A stretch of DNA of 64,000 nucleotides from Tubiluchus corallicola (GCA_030141605.1 JAQGDQ010001063.1:2005-66004); one strand, 5' to 3'. Shown: positions 39,487 through 52,834, counted from the stretch's first letter. The notes: generated by a model from the sequence alone, not told the origin. Numbers and translations are program-made.

Positions 39487-40971
39487 ATGAAAGCACTGTG
39501 ATGCACTGTGAAAGCACTGTGAAAGCAATGTGATGCATTGTGAAAGCACTGTGATGCATTGTGATGCGCTGTGAAAGCACTGTGATGCACTGTGATGCGC
39601 TGTGATGCACTGTGAAAGCGCTGTCATGCATTGTGAAAGGGCTGTGATGCACTGTGAAAGCGCTGTGATGCATTGTGATGCACTGTGAAAGGGCTGTGAT
39701 GCACTGTGAAAGCGCTGTGATGCACTGTGAAAGCACTGTGATGCACTGTGATGCATTGTGATGCACTGTGAAAGGGCTGTGATGCACTGTGAAAGCGCTG
39801 TGATGCACTGTGAAAGCGCTGTGATGCACTGTGATGCGCTGTGATGCACTGTGAAGGCACTGTGATGCACTGTGAAAGTGCTGTGATGCATTGTGAAAGC
39901 ACTGTGATGCATAGTGAAAGCGCTGTGATGCACTGTGAAAGCACTGTGATGCACTGTGAAAGCGCTGTGATGCACTGTGAAAGCGCTGTGATGCATTGTG
40001 AAAGCACTGTGATGCACTGTGAAAGTGCTGTGATGCACTGTGAAAGCACTGTGATGCACTGTGAAAGCGCTGTGATGCATTGTGAAAGCACTGTGATGCA
40101 CTGTGAAAGGCTGTGATGCACTGTGAAAGGGCTGTGATGCACTGTGAAAGCGCTGTGATGCATTGTGAAAGCACTGTGATGCACTGTGAAAGCGCTGTGA
40201 TGCACTGTGAAAGCACTGTGATGCACTGTGAAAGCACTGTGATGCACTGTGAAAGCGCTGTGATGCACTGTGAAAGCGCTGTGATGCATTGTGAAAGCAC
40301 TGTGATGCACTGTGAAAGCGCTGTGATGCACTGTGAAAGCACTGTGATGCACTGTGAAAGCACTGTGATGCACTGTGAAAGCACTGTGATGCGCTGTGAT
40401 GCATTGTGAAAGCACTGTGAAAGCGCTGTGATGCACTGTGAAAGCACTGTGATGCACTGTGAAAGCACAGTGAAGGCACTGTGATGCACTGTGATGCGCT
40501 GTGATGCATTGTGAAAGCGCTGTGATGCACTGTGAAAGGGCTGTGATGCATTGTGAAAGCGCTGTGATGCATTGTGAAAGCACTGTGAAAGCGCTGTGAT
40601 GCACTGTGAAAGCGCTGTGATGCACTGTGAAAGCACTGTGATGCACTGTGAAAGCACTGTGATGCACTGTGAAAGCACTGTGATGCATTGTGAAAGCACT
40701 GTGAAAGCGCTGTGATGCATTGTGAAAGCACTGTGAAAGCGCTGTGATGCATTGTGAAAGCACTGTGATGCACTGTGAAAGCACTGTGATGCACTGTGAA
40801 AGCACTGTGATGCACTGTGAAAGCACTGTGATGCATTGTGAAAGCACAGTGAAGGCACTGTGATGCACTGTGATGCGCTGTGATGCATTGTGAAAGCGCT
40901 GTGATGCACTGTGAAAGGGCTGTGATGCATTGTGAAAGCGCTGTGATGCATTGCGAAAGCACTGTGATGCA
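39487..40971. repeat. Complex satellite of 10/11-bp subunits (gcactgtgat / gcactgtgaaa)
   Basis: Mostly alternating subunits giving a 21-bp unit, with irregular order. Confidence 0.96.
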
Positions 40972-41622
40972 CAACGAGTCCAGCTTGGTGTATTGATGAC
41001 TGGTAACAAACACGTTCAAAGCACAAGAATATAACAAAGTAACCCTCCACTTACATAAAGCTTAAAAAATTTGTATACGACTTACAAGCTGCTTTTTTTG
41101 CATGCAGGGCTAGTGTCGGCAGTAACGTTGTATAAAACATGTAAATTTAAACTCTCGCGATTACCGTTAGCAGCAACCATTTTGACGATAAGTCATTTGA
41201 AACAAGTTTAGACAACCTTGCATAAAGTTTGAAAAAATAATCAGAGCATTCGTAGCACTCGTTACCAACAAAATAAAATTTTAAATGACTGTATCTTATC
41301 AACAAGATTATAATTATTAATATCATTAAAAAGGTCCGCTATTGAGCGCTGGATTCGAGCTTGAAATGCGTCAAAAACTATGTAAAAAAAAACAAACTGA
41401 ACACGAAGTTCTGATTTTCTACCCGGACAAACTTAGTTTCGGGAGAAATTTAAAATCCAACGAAAATAGTCACTGGCTAGCTTGAAATGGCCAATGGTCT
41501 TGCTTGAAAAATGCCACAATTGTCATTAAAATGCCCGGAGCACTGTGTTCACTTTCACGAATGTCTGTAGCTGATAAAATTTACAGTCTTCTTTTAATTA
41601 TCGTTAATGATGACTAAAGAAT

Positions 41623-42000
41623 GAGTCGGTGAGACTTAAAGGTAAAGTCCACAAAGATAGTGGTCAGACCCGCTCTAATCTATGGGCTGGAAGCAGCTTC
41701 TCTAAAGAAGACCGAAGAGAAGAAAATGGGTGTGGTGGAGATGAGGATGTTGAGATGGATGGTGGGAATAACAAGAAGAGATAAAATTAGAAATAATAAC
41801 ATCAGAGGAACAGTAAAAGTAGTGGAAGCCTCGCAAGATTGCGATGGTATGGACACCTGAAAAGAAGAGTCGGTGAAGATCATGTGGGAAGGGAAGACAT
41901 AAATGAAGAGATGGTCAACAACAGGAATGCGTGGAGAAGACTCATTCACAACGGCGACCCCGAATAGGGAAAAGCTGGGAAGAAGAAGAAGAAGAAGAAG
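41623..42000 (+). mobile_element. RTE LINE 3' fragment, copy 1
   Basis: 'VVRPALIYGLE...EMRMLRWMVGITRRDKIRN' RTE motif; (GAA)n tail; TSD ATGACTAAAGAAT at 41610-41622 and 42001-42013. Confidence 0.9.
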
Positions 42001-43453
42001 ATGACTAAAGAATTGTGACTTTAACTTGGTGACTTTATCAGAAATTCTCTCCTCATTGGTGTGAAAATATAAAGAATATATAGCAGCCGAAATTCGACTC
42101 TCAAGTCTCCTCCTGAGGACTCCAAAAACCTGTATTTGTATTCGTGCTTTTGCATTCCGTACTCCTTTCATAGCACACTCCTTGCAAAATATTATAACTA
42201 TACGTATGCAAAATTTCTCTCCATCAACACAAACCATTTTATAATTACTCTTCTACAAAAATGAAAATAAAATCACCTCTCAAAAAACTAAAACTATGAT
42301 GTGTGAACCTACTCCCATGACCCTCTTTCTCCAAACTGTTTTTTAACGCTGTCCTTTTCTTACTGACATACCTGACTTTTCCTTTTTCAAATTTATTAAA
42401 TAACTCTTTTCTCTCTAGTACAGACTAAATTACTAACAATTGTCACGTGCCACTTAGCTGGTCGGCCGCTACTTAGTGACATGCTTCAGTACAACCTAAA
42501 GACATGTGCTCGCATTTAGCATAACCACTTTGGTTACCGCATTTCAAGGACCAATTTTTACATTGGTTTTCATAAAGAAAATATAAAAGTAAAAAAAACC
42601 AACACGACATCTGATTTTCAGGAGTGTTAAGGACACTAGAGAAGTCATCAATCGGCTCGGTTGCACATTAAGTGTTTATTAATAGCACCTACGGGTCTCC
42701 TGAAATTGAAGTCAATATTGACAAAAGCACGTTCTAATGCACGTCTCAATCAAGTACCATTGATCATTAAGTGCATCGCCTAACACTGCACAATGATACC
42801 CTAGAGGCGGCGTGAATGAAGCCAGATAACAGTTAGTCCATCTACGGTGAAACCAAAGCACTTTTCCCCCCGCTCCGCTCGCTCATAAAGTGATAAAAGA
42901 CGCGCAGCCATCATTCAAGGCCAAGGGACAAACATGCTAATGTTCAGTAAAGGCTGCTGTCCTCAATATTCTACTCTTGAATTAACTAGCACAGTGCAAT
43001 CGCTTATGAACGGTTACATAAATTTCGCCGTTCAATAGACACATCAAAGAGCAAGGATATAGTGGATGCTTTAAGGAAAACCGGATCTACTGGTTCAGTG
43101 CCTCATTCGGGTATTATTACTGTTGATGACAAGGACAGATTCTAATCGTCCTCATTCAAAGTGGACTTTAGTGCCTAGTGCTACGTGTATCATGCAAGTG
43201 ATACATACAGCAATGAAGCCACATGTAACATAACAGTGGAGTCACATAAGACATGGCACGGATTCATAAATATGTCATTTGGTTTTTTTATGAAATAAGT
43301 CAGGTATCACGTAATCGGTCAGTTAACCAGCTGTGAAACTAAATCTAAATCAGCCATGCTATCAGTCAGCTAGTCAGTCAGCCATTCATCCTAACTATGC
43401 TGTAAGTAAGTAACTAACTACCTTACAAATCGAAACAGCTTTCAGTGAATTAA

Positions 43454-43870
43454 AGGAAAACCGGACGATTGTGTAAACACGAGTTCAGAATAAAGAATTC
43501 TCTAAATTATTGAAAACAGCAATAGTTTTTTTTAAATCAAAGCTTACATTAAATAATAATTACCTCGGATACTCTAATTTTGTTAAAGTTTCAAAGCTAT
43601 GCGCGGCTCAGTGAATCTACTAAGATTGGCAACGGCGCCTTTTTGTCACATTCGCGTGGCTGACAAATAGACGGCGGTACCGTGATAAGCATGATCATGA
43701 ACTGCTGTGTTAGCTTCTGACGTCATGTGACATAGAGCCCATTCTCGTGACATCACGCGTTTAAGCAGTATCGCTTACGCAAACGTGCTTGACGCGCAAG
43801 GGAAGATACCTACCATTGCACAAAACTGTGGTTAGTTTCTGACGTAAGCAATAGCAGTTTCGGTTGCCGC
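43454..43870 (-). mobile_element. Dispersed ~420-bp repeat, copy 2 of 3 (possibly Kolobok-like terminus)
   Basis: Reverse complement of 32080-32495; begins TTAA|AGG. Confidence 0.8.
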
Positions 43871-44281
43871 TAATTAACTTTCCAAGCTAATTATTCAAAT
43901 ATAAGGAACAATTGTTAACTTTTACAAGCAAAAAATTGTATATTTTGGAAAGTAAATTAAAATGAGATTGAGGCTAAACAATCGTCTGGTTTTCCTTTCA
44001 CCATTACCCTTTCCTACGTATGTGAAAGTTTGATTAATTTGATTTCAGTGACACTGGAGGTAAGAGAATGTATAAAAACCTTGGATGGCCGCCCAGTGAC
44101 TTGATGCAAAATCTTTCCAATTGTCAACATGGCAGTCAAGGTCAAGACAAGGTCAAAGTCAACGTTTATGTTACCCGTGAAACACGTTTGACTAACTTTA
44201 CCCCAACGGCTTTGGAGACCTGACAGTCTCTGACGAGGTTACTCTCACACAGGTAGACAGACACACCTAAACGCTGGTGGA

Positions 44282-45724
44282 TAATAACCTTCCATCCTTC
44301 AATCGCACCCGAGAGGTGCAACCTTGCGTGACAGATTTGAATCTACCTTTGATTAGTGGCAGGATCTCAGGAGCTTGGATAACCACGTGGAGAGACGTAC
44401 CAAATGGTATCTCTAATAACCTTCATCCTTCAATCGCACCCAAGAGGTGCAACCTTGCGTGACAGATTTGAATCTACCTTTGATTAGTGGCAGAATCTCA
44501 GGAGCTTGGATAACCACGTGGAGAGACGTACCAAATGGTATCTCTAATAACCTTCAACCTTCAATCGCACCCAAGAGGTGCAACCTTGCGTGACAGATTT
44601 GAATCTACCTTTGATTAGTGGCAGGATCTCCGGAGCTTGGATAACCACGTGGAGAGACGTACCAAATGGTATCTCTAATAACCTTCAACCTTCAATCGCA
44701 CCCAAGAGGTGCAACCTTGCGTGACAGATTTGAATCTATCTTTGATTAGTGGCAGGATCTCAGGAGCTTGGATAACCACGTGGAGAGACGTACCAAATGG
44801 TATCTCTAATAACCGTCATCCTTCAATCGCACCCAAGAGGTGCAACCTTGCGTGATAGATTTAAATCTACCTTTGATTAGTGGCAGGATCTCAGGAGCTT
44901 GGATAACCACGTGGAGAGACGTACCAAATGGTATCTCTAATAACCTTCAACCTTCAATCGCACCCAAGAGGTGCAACCTTGCGTGACAGATTTGAATCTA
45001 CCTTTGATTAGTGGCAGGATCTCAGGAGCTTGGATAACCACGTGGAGAGACGTACCAAATGGTATCTCTAATAACCGTCATCCTTCAATCGCACCAGAGA
45101 GGTGCAACCTTGCGTGACAGATTTGAATCTACCTTTGATTAGTGGCAGGATCTCCGGAGCTTGGATAACCACGTGGAGAGACGTACCAAATGGTATCTCT
45201 AATAACCTTCATCCTTCAATCGCACCCGAGAGGTGCAACCTTGCGTGACAGATTTGAATCTACCTTTGATTAGTGGCAGGATCTCAGGAGCTTGGATAAC
45301 CACGTGGAGAGACGTACCAAATGGTATCTCTAATAACCGTCATCCTTCAATCGCACCCGAGAGGTGCAACCTTGCGTGACAGATTTGAATCTACCTTTGA
45401 TTAGTGGCAGGATCTCAGGAGCTTGGATAACCACGTGGAGAGACGTACCAAATGGTATCTCTAATAACCTTCATCCTTCAATCGCACCCAAGAGGTGCAA
45501 CCTTGCGTGACAGATTTGAATCTACCTATGATTAGTGGCAGAATCTCAGGAGCTTGGATAACCACGTGGAGAGACGTACCAAATGGTATCTCTAATAACC
45601 TTCAACCTTCAATCGCACCCAAGAGGTGCAACCTTGCGTGACAGATTTGAATCTACCTATGATTAGTGGCAGAATCTCAGGAGCTTGGATAACCATGTGG
45701 AGAGACGTACCAAATGGTATCTCT
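44282..45724. repeat. 131-bp satellite (11 copies)
   Basis: Unit starts taataaccttc... at 44414, 44545 and so on. Confidence 0.97.
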
Positions 45725-46439
45725 TCACATAAATGTACATAAAATTGATGTAGCCTGTTAGCCGTTTTATGTCTGTTTCGTGTATAATTTTCTCATAAAA
45801 GCAAGAAAATTCGAAACCTGCCCAGCCATAAAGGGAAGATCTGGACGAAATTTTCGATTTAATTTCAGTTTTATTTACTGCACGTGCAAAGAGCAGGAAT
45901 CAATCTTGGCTGCAGTGGCAGTACAACATGCACACAAGCTGACAATGAGCCGTTAGGGGGCAGTGTAGGACAAACGTAAAACTGCTAATTAACTAGTAAA
46001 TGAGAGCATCGTTGTTTGATGTTGATGATGGTGAGAGCATCTTTGTTTGATGCTGATGATGGTGACGATGTTACGTTGTTAACGAAGATGATAAGGAAGA
46101 GCATGATGATGATGACTTCAACAACGAAGGAGACTAAAAATTTTTCAGCAGTGGCAGCAAAAGGTTTGCCAAACACTATCAAAAAATGTCATAATGAACA
46201 TAGGGAAACATAACGTCACTACTTTAAACTGTATAAATTTTATTACATGTATGAAATGATTATTGCCCCTGCAGCTACTGTATTCTCGATCTGAAAGGTA
46301 GGCAAAGTTTGTAAAATGGGTTTGTTTACGAACTTAAGCAACTAGACAACAACATGTCATTAAGTAATTAGAATATGACTGTGATTGCAAGAGTTTATAA
46401 ACCATTGCGGTTAATGAATTGAAAGAAGAAAGGAAACGC

Positions 46440-46522
46440 TGAAAAATTGTGGACTAGTCGGGATTCGAACCCAAGCTTAGGATTAATGCTCCCAGCCTCT
46501 GCCAGGTGAGGTACCAGACCAA
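46440..46522 (-). mobile_element. tRNA-derived SINE head / tRNA-like remnant
   Basis: Minus strand B box GGTTCGAATCCC with a degenerate A box upstream; no convincing cloverleaf. Confidence 0.5.
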
Positions 46523-46703
46523 CATGACAGAGAAGGTCTGACTTTTTTCTCCAACTGACTACACGCAATGGGTAATACTTGTTAAAACAAACCGTAATGG
46601 TTTAGTAATCACAATCATAATCAAATTAATTAATGAAATTGTTAATTGGCAGCTAATTTGAGAGATGTGTTACTACAAAATATTGTAATGGAAGAACAGG
46701 AGA

Positions 46704-48091
46704 ACAGCATCGTAACGAGGCATCTTCCTGTCTCTGAAACAGGAATAACGTGCATTGTCGTTCTGTATGAGCTTCTGAACAAGTTCTACTAATGGTATCC
46801 CTAAATCCCCAATACACAGCATCGTAATGACGCATTTTCCTGTCTCTAAAACAGGAATAACGCACATTGTCATACTGTATGAGCCTTCTGAACAAGTTCT
46901 ACTAATGGTATCCCTAACATCCCCAATACACAGCACAACACATTTCCTGTCTCTAAAACAGGAATAAACATTGTCGTACTGTATGAGCCAACAACACAAA
47001 CCCAAACCCCAAACACACAAAACACCCCAAAACAAAAACACCACAACCCACACCCAAAACAAAAAACATTGTCGTTCTGTATGAGCCTTCTGAACAAGTT
47101 CTACTAATGGTATCCCTAAATCCCCAATACACAGCATCGTAATGACACCAAAACAAAAACACCCAACCCAAACACAAACCACCAAACACACAAAACACCC
47201 CAAAAAAACACAACCAACAACACAAACCAACCCAACCCAACCCAACAACACAAACACAAACCCCAACAAAACCACCACCAACAACACAAACCCAAACCCC
47301 AAACACACACAAAGCATTTTCCTGTCTCTAAAACAGGAATAACGCACATTGTCATACTGTATGAGCCTTCTGAACAAGTTCTACTAATGGTATCCCTACA
47401 TCCCCAATACACAGCATCGTAACGAGGCATTTTCCTGTCTCTAAAACAGGAATAACGTACATTGTCGTACTGTATGAGTCTTCTGAACAAGTTCTACTAA
47501 TGGTATCCCTAAATCCCCAATACACAGCATTGTAATGAGGCATTTTCCTGTCTCTAAAACAGGAATAACGTACATTGTCGTACTGTATGAGCCTTCTGAA
47601 CAAATTCTACTAATGGTATCCCTAAATCCCCAATACACAGCATCGTAACGAGGCATTTTCCTGTCTCTAAAACAGGAATAACGTACATTGTCGTACTGTA
47701 TGAGCCTTCTGAACAAGTTCTACTAATGGTATCCCTAAATCCCCAATACACAGCATCGTAACGAGGCATTTTCCTGTCTCTAAAACAGGAATAACGTACA
47801 TTGTCGTACTGTATGAGCGTTCTGAACAAGTTCTACTAATGGTATCCCTAAATCCCTAATACACAGCATCGTAACGAGGCATTTTCCTGTCTCTAAAACA
47901 GGAATAACGTACATTGTCGTACTGTATGAGTCTTCTGCACAAGTTCTACTAATGGTATCCCTAAATCCCCAATACACAGCATCGTAACGAGGCATTTTCC
48001 TGTCTCTAAAACAGGAATAACGTACATTGTCGTACTGTATGAGCGTTCTGAACAAGTTCTACTAATGGTATCCCTAAAATCCCCAATACAC
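46704..48091. repeat. 113-bp satellite interrupted by A/C-only tracts
   Basis: 113-nt periodicity (ORF starts 47490, 47603, 47716, 47829); disrupted at ~46988-47067 and ~47146-47313. Confidence 0.93.
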
Positions 48092-49452
48092 TCCAATTCT
48101 CAGACGCATCGACTTCAACGCCTACTAATCTTATAAGACATATCAGCTGTACACCTTATGAGATTAGCAGGAGATCACTTTACCGGGACATGGCTTACAC
48201 AATTAAATCAACCAACGGCTGATCGTATGTATATTTAATGGTAGTTGTACTACGACAACTGAATGACATTAATGGAACAATGACACCATTTCTCACTCAC
48301 GGCTTATGAAAAATCATTAATTTCAAACTGAAGGCAGTGCTTAACTATGGTTCTTAGGTTCTGGCTGAATTCAAACACCAAGTAACATTGCTTGGCTGCG
48401 TTCATTCTTTATCTAGCTCATTGTCATTAATTTCTTTGCTAGTCATACGTGCCATACTCAAAATTGAACTAATCAACACATCAAACAACTAAATCAAGAA
48501 AGAGAATCCGGTATAATAATTCTGAGTGATAATTATGGTATATTCATTCTGTCAGCCAACTGCACTGTTCGATTTGCAAGACAAAGCAGTCCAGTAGTTT
48601 TGTATATTCTATTCGTCTACTCTTGTACAATGTCTCATCATTGGACCACTTTGTACCTTGGACCACATGGTACCCTCGACACTCTCATCATTGGACCACA
48701 TTACACCTTGGACCACATTGTACCCTTGACACTCTCTTCCACTAACGTCAAAGCGCTATCAAGCCTACGAATGCAATCAAATGCAGCTCCATGCAAAACG
48801 AACAATGCAATTGATTCACACGTGGAAGAGTACAGACATTACGTGATTTGGATAATATAAGAATGTTTGTCCTATATGTGTTTATCTACTGAAAATCCAT
48901 CTTATTAGAATCTCTAATATCAATCGAGTATTATTACTTGTTTATTTGTAGCTGGCTTGGCTATCTTTGCTCTTCTCTCCACTGCATTCCTCTTTTTTAC
49001 GTTTACAATTTCATTTTGTTTCTGTTCGTTTAAAAACCCTCATAAGATAAACAAATATTTACTTGTTTGCTTATTTACGTACTCAGTTGGGGGAAACCCA
49101 GAAAACTCGAAAAATTTTATTACACAAGCCTGTTTTAGAGAAACTAGTCTTTCTTTTACTGAATTCTTGGAACCGCGCCAAAAAACTAATCCTAGTCAAT
49201 AATTAGTTAACCAACTTTTTTGGCATAATTCAAAAATTGTGTCAAGTTATCTAAACGATAATACGGGTGAATAGACGAGCTTGCTAACTGCAAGCTGCAA
49301 CTGTTGTTCTGGAATATCACCAAAACAAATGTGCTAATAATTAACCGTTTCGGTGTGAACAGGATAAAAACTTAAACGGTTGAAATTAAAACAAAACAAC
49401 GGCAGTTACTAATAAAACTTTGGACAAAAGCGGAAACCTTATAAAAGGATAC

Positions 49453-49580
49453 GCATGACAAGAGACGAAAACAGCCAATCGTCTGACGGGGTTCCAGGGA
49501 CTGAAACAGAAGAGACTGTTGGTAGCTGTAAACCTGTAGATGTACTTCTGCTTGAACCTCTCCGCAATCACACAAAACGT
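49453..49580 (-). CDS. Nav2: Voltage-gated Na+ channel family alpha subunit (Nav2/DSC1-like), N-terminal cytoplasmic exon
   Basis: ttttttacag|ACG...CAT GC|gtatcctttt; 128 nt; translates TFCVIAERFKQKYIYRFTATNSLFCFSPWNPVRRLAVFVSCH(A), matching the Nav N-terminal 'TF.V...IYRF.AT.SLF..SP.NP.RR' motif. Joins in frame (phase 2) to the next exon. Confidence 0.93.
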
Positions 49581-49757
49581 CTGTAAAAAAACAATTTAAA
49601 CAAATTTAAACTATTGTTTCAAATGATTTAACTTGGTTCAATGGCCCAGGAATATAACTTGTCCTCTAGCGCACAGTGTGGTCATGTGATCTGCGTAGTA
49701 TGCACTGTTCTAGGAAGACAATTCTAAGAATTGCTGATTTCATGTATTTGTTTTTAG

Positions 49758-49889
49758 TGCTGTTGTTGTTGTTGTTGTTGTTGTTGTTGCTGCTGCTATT
49801 ACTGTAGCTGCTGCAGCTGTTGTTGTTGTTGTTGTCAATGCTGCTGTTGCTGTAGCTGTTGTTGTTGTTGTTACTGCAGTTGCTGTTGC

Positions 49890-49935
<46 letters not shown>

Positions 49936-50268
49936 ACTGTTGCTGCTCTGCTGTTGCTGCTGTAGCTGTTGTTGTTGTTGTTGTAGCTGCAGCTGCAGCT
50001 GCTGCAACTGTTGTTGTTGTTGTTGTTGTTGTCACTGCTGCTGTTGCTGTAGCTATTGTAGCTGTTGTTGTTGTTGTTGTTGTCACTGCTGCTGTTGTTG
50101 CTGCTGTTGTTGATGTTGCTGTCGCTGTTGTTGTCGCTGTTGTTGTTGCTGCTGCTGTCGCTGCTGCTGTTGTTGCTGTTGCTGCTCTGCTGCTGTTGTT
50201 GCTGTTGTTGTTGTTGCTGCTGCTGTTGTAGTAGTAAGAGTAGTTGTTGTTGTTGTTGTTGTTGTCAT
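49758..50268. repeat. Mixed TTG/CTG trinucleotide microsatellite
   Basis: Visible simple repeat. Confidence 0.95.
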
Positions 50269-51265
50269 TAATGTGATTCAACAAAATTGAACAAACTTCA
50301 GCACTATAAGAACAATAGCGCACATTACATGTTACAACTTACAGATATCATCAAAGTCAAGGTCATCCAATTAAAAATGCAAACATTTTTGCTCCAGTGT
50401 GGCATATAACGTGCTAAATTAATAACAGGGAAATGAAGTAGATATGGTGGAAAATGTGGATGAGTCAAACGTCATCAAAACGACTTGTTTCACAAATGTT
50501 CAAAAACAAAAAACGTAAAATTTAAGAGACACAAATCAGCAATTATTTCATTTCATTCAGTAACCTCTAAGTTAAGTCACCCACATCGTATTAAGACACA
50601 TCATAAATTATGTGAGATCAAGATCGTCAAATCGGACCCAGGAGAATAAAACTATCCACATGACGAAGTTTGGTAGTCACTAAATGTCTTTACTCAAAGA
50701 ATGCAAAATAAAACCAAAACTAGGGCAGTGGCCAATAGCTTTTACTTGACCAATAGACTCTAGAGACATATTTTAAATCAGTTATTTAAATATGTGTAAC
50801 ACATAAACAAATGAAATAGTCACAGTGCAACAATGTATATGCTGTATTACTATCAGTCAACAAGATTACCCTAGTTTCAGCAAATAATCACTCGAAGATA
50901 TTAATGAGGAGGCTGGTTTCTTGGCTAGATTATTTGAGAAGCTGATGCATGATTTCTAAGGGCAATTAAGGCAGCCATAAAGGCATCGAATCAGCAATCC
51001 GAGGTTCCAATCAGTTGTAATCTTGAGACTAAATCATCAGCATAATCCTAGTAGTGATTGCCACTGCTTGATGCCATTACAATGCAGTTCTTATTTTCAC
51101 TATTTTAGTTTTAGGAAGTTCTAAACAAGTGACTAATAAAACTTGGGTTTAATTTGTGCCAAATTGTTTAAATTGGACGATTGTTTAGAGTCAATCACAT
51201 TTTAATTTACTGCCCAAAGTATACATTTTCTTGTCTAGAAAAGTTAGCATAGAAAGTAAACAAAC

Positions 51266-51571
51266 GGCAACCGGACACAGCCATTGCTTACGTCAGAAAC
51301 TAACTAACCACAGTTTGGGCAATGGCAGGCATCTCCCCTTGCGCGTCAAGCACGTTTGCGCGAGTGTTACAGTACTGCTTAAGCGCGTGATGTCACAAAA
51401 ATGGGCTCTACATCATATGACGTCAGAAACTAACACCGCAGCTCATGATCATGGTTATCACGGTACCGCCTTCTATTTGTCGGCCGCGTGCATGTGACAA
51501 AAAGGCGCCGTTGGCAATCTTAGTAGATTCACTGAGCCCTGAGTAGCTTTGAAAGTTTAACAAAATTTGAA
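51266..51571 (+). mobile_element. Dispersed ~420-bp repeat, copy 3 of 3 (truncated)
   Basis: Similar to 32080-32376. Confidence 0.85.
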
Positions 51572-51701
51572 AAAACACATGACAAGCTGATCACTCGGAT
51601 TTATAAGGTAAAACACGTGTGTCTGATATGGGAGACACCATATTCCAGGAAGTCTCGATAAAATACTTTATTTGACTAATTTGAGAAACAAGAAAGAAGC
51701 A

Positions 51702-52213
51702 GAACCAAAATTTGAACCAATGTCTTTCAGCATGTAAGCAATATTGTTGAACCAAAGTTTGAACCAATGTCTTTCAGCATGTAAGCAATATTGTTGAACC
51801 AAAGTTTGAACCAATGTCTTTCAGCATGTAAGCAATATTGAACCAAAGTTTGAACCAATGTCTTTCGGCATGTAAGCAATATTGTTGAACCAAAGTTTGA
51901 ACCAATGTCTTTCAGCATGTAAGCAATATTGTTAAACCAAAGTTTGAACCAATGTCTTTCAGCATGTAAGCAATATTGTTGAACCAAAGTTTGAACCAAT
52001 GTCTTTCAGCATGTAAGCAATATTGTTGAACCAAAGTTTGAACCAATGTCTTTCAGCATGTAAGCAATATTGTTGAACCAAAGTTTGAACCAATGTCTTT
52101 CAGCATGTAAGCAATATTGTTGAACCAAAGTTTGAACCAATGTCTTTCAGCATGTAAGCAATATTGTTGAACCAAAGTTTGAACCAATGTCTTTCAGCAT
52201 GTAAGCAATATTG
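51702..52213. repeat. 47-bp minisatellite (~11 copies)
   Basis: aatattgttgaaccaaagtttgaaccaatgtctttcagcatgtaagc. Confidence 0.96.
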
Positions 52214-52440
52214 CTGTATGAGACTGTAGCTCCCAAATGGGGTTTCGAAGTAAATGCAGAGCTGTGAGTTGAAAAAAACATTCCAGCATAGGATACTTTC
52301 AATGATACATGTTACTTCCCTACAACAGTTCATCGACAGCTCCCAAAAGTCCTTGTCATTGACCACAGTGACGTTTTCCCTTGCCTCGAAGACTGACCAG
52401 TTAGAGTAATTTTGTTGAGTGTTGCATTCTGTATGGGCAC

Positions 52441-52834
52441 TAGGGGTGAGCATCGAACGTTCGAGTTCGATTCGAACGAGTTTTTTTAGTTCGAACTCAA
52501 CTCGAACCTAAAACTGTAGATTCGAATAATTCAGCACTTCGATCACGTGTTCTTTATCACTAAAACGATTGAAACATCATGCAATTAGCATAATTTAGCT
52601 GTGATTTCTGTGCACAATTGTAAACAAATTACTAGTCGTTTTATTGCAGAACAAAATCTAGTGATATGCATGATCTTTGTAAGACTAATTTTTGCTGGTG
52701 GTTCGAAAACTTGTTCGAAAATCTTTCAATCTCAATTCGAATTCGAAACACTGAAGTTCGGTTCGATTCGAATTCGAAAGTCACAAATTCGGTTCGATTC
52801 GAATTCGCTTTCTGGTAGAGAATGCTCACCCCTA
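52441..52834. mobile_element. hAT-type MITE, copy 2 (same family as 32773-33152)
   Basis: TIR TAGGGGTGAGCAT / ATGCTCACCCCTA; 8-bp TSD ATGGGCAC. Confidence 0.93.

Larger units (their letters stand above)
34637..49452 (-). other. U12-type (minor spliceosome) GT-AG intron of the Nav gene, 14,816 nt
   Basis: 5' splice site GTATCCTTTT (49452-49443); U12 branch site TTCCTTGAC (34659-34651) about 16 nt upstream of the AG at 34638-34637. Confidence 0.9.

Noticed and set aside
39415-41050. Long ORFs of 461-540 aa in three minus frames
   Set aside because: They are translations of a stop-free 10/11-bp satellite; being open in all frames indicates no coding constraint.
46673-47490. Hydrophobic V/G/C/F-rich ORFs resembling membrane proteins
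   Set aside because: They come from the A/C-only tracts, which are probably artefactual, inside the 113-bp satellite.
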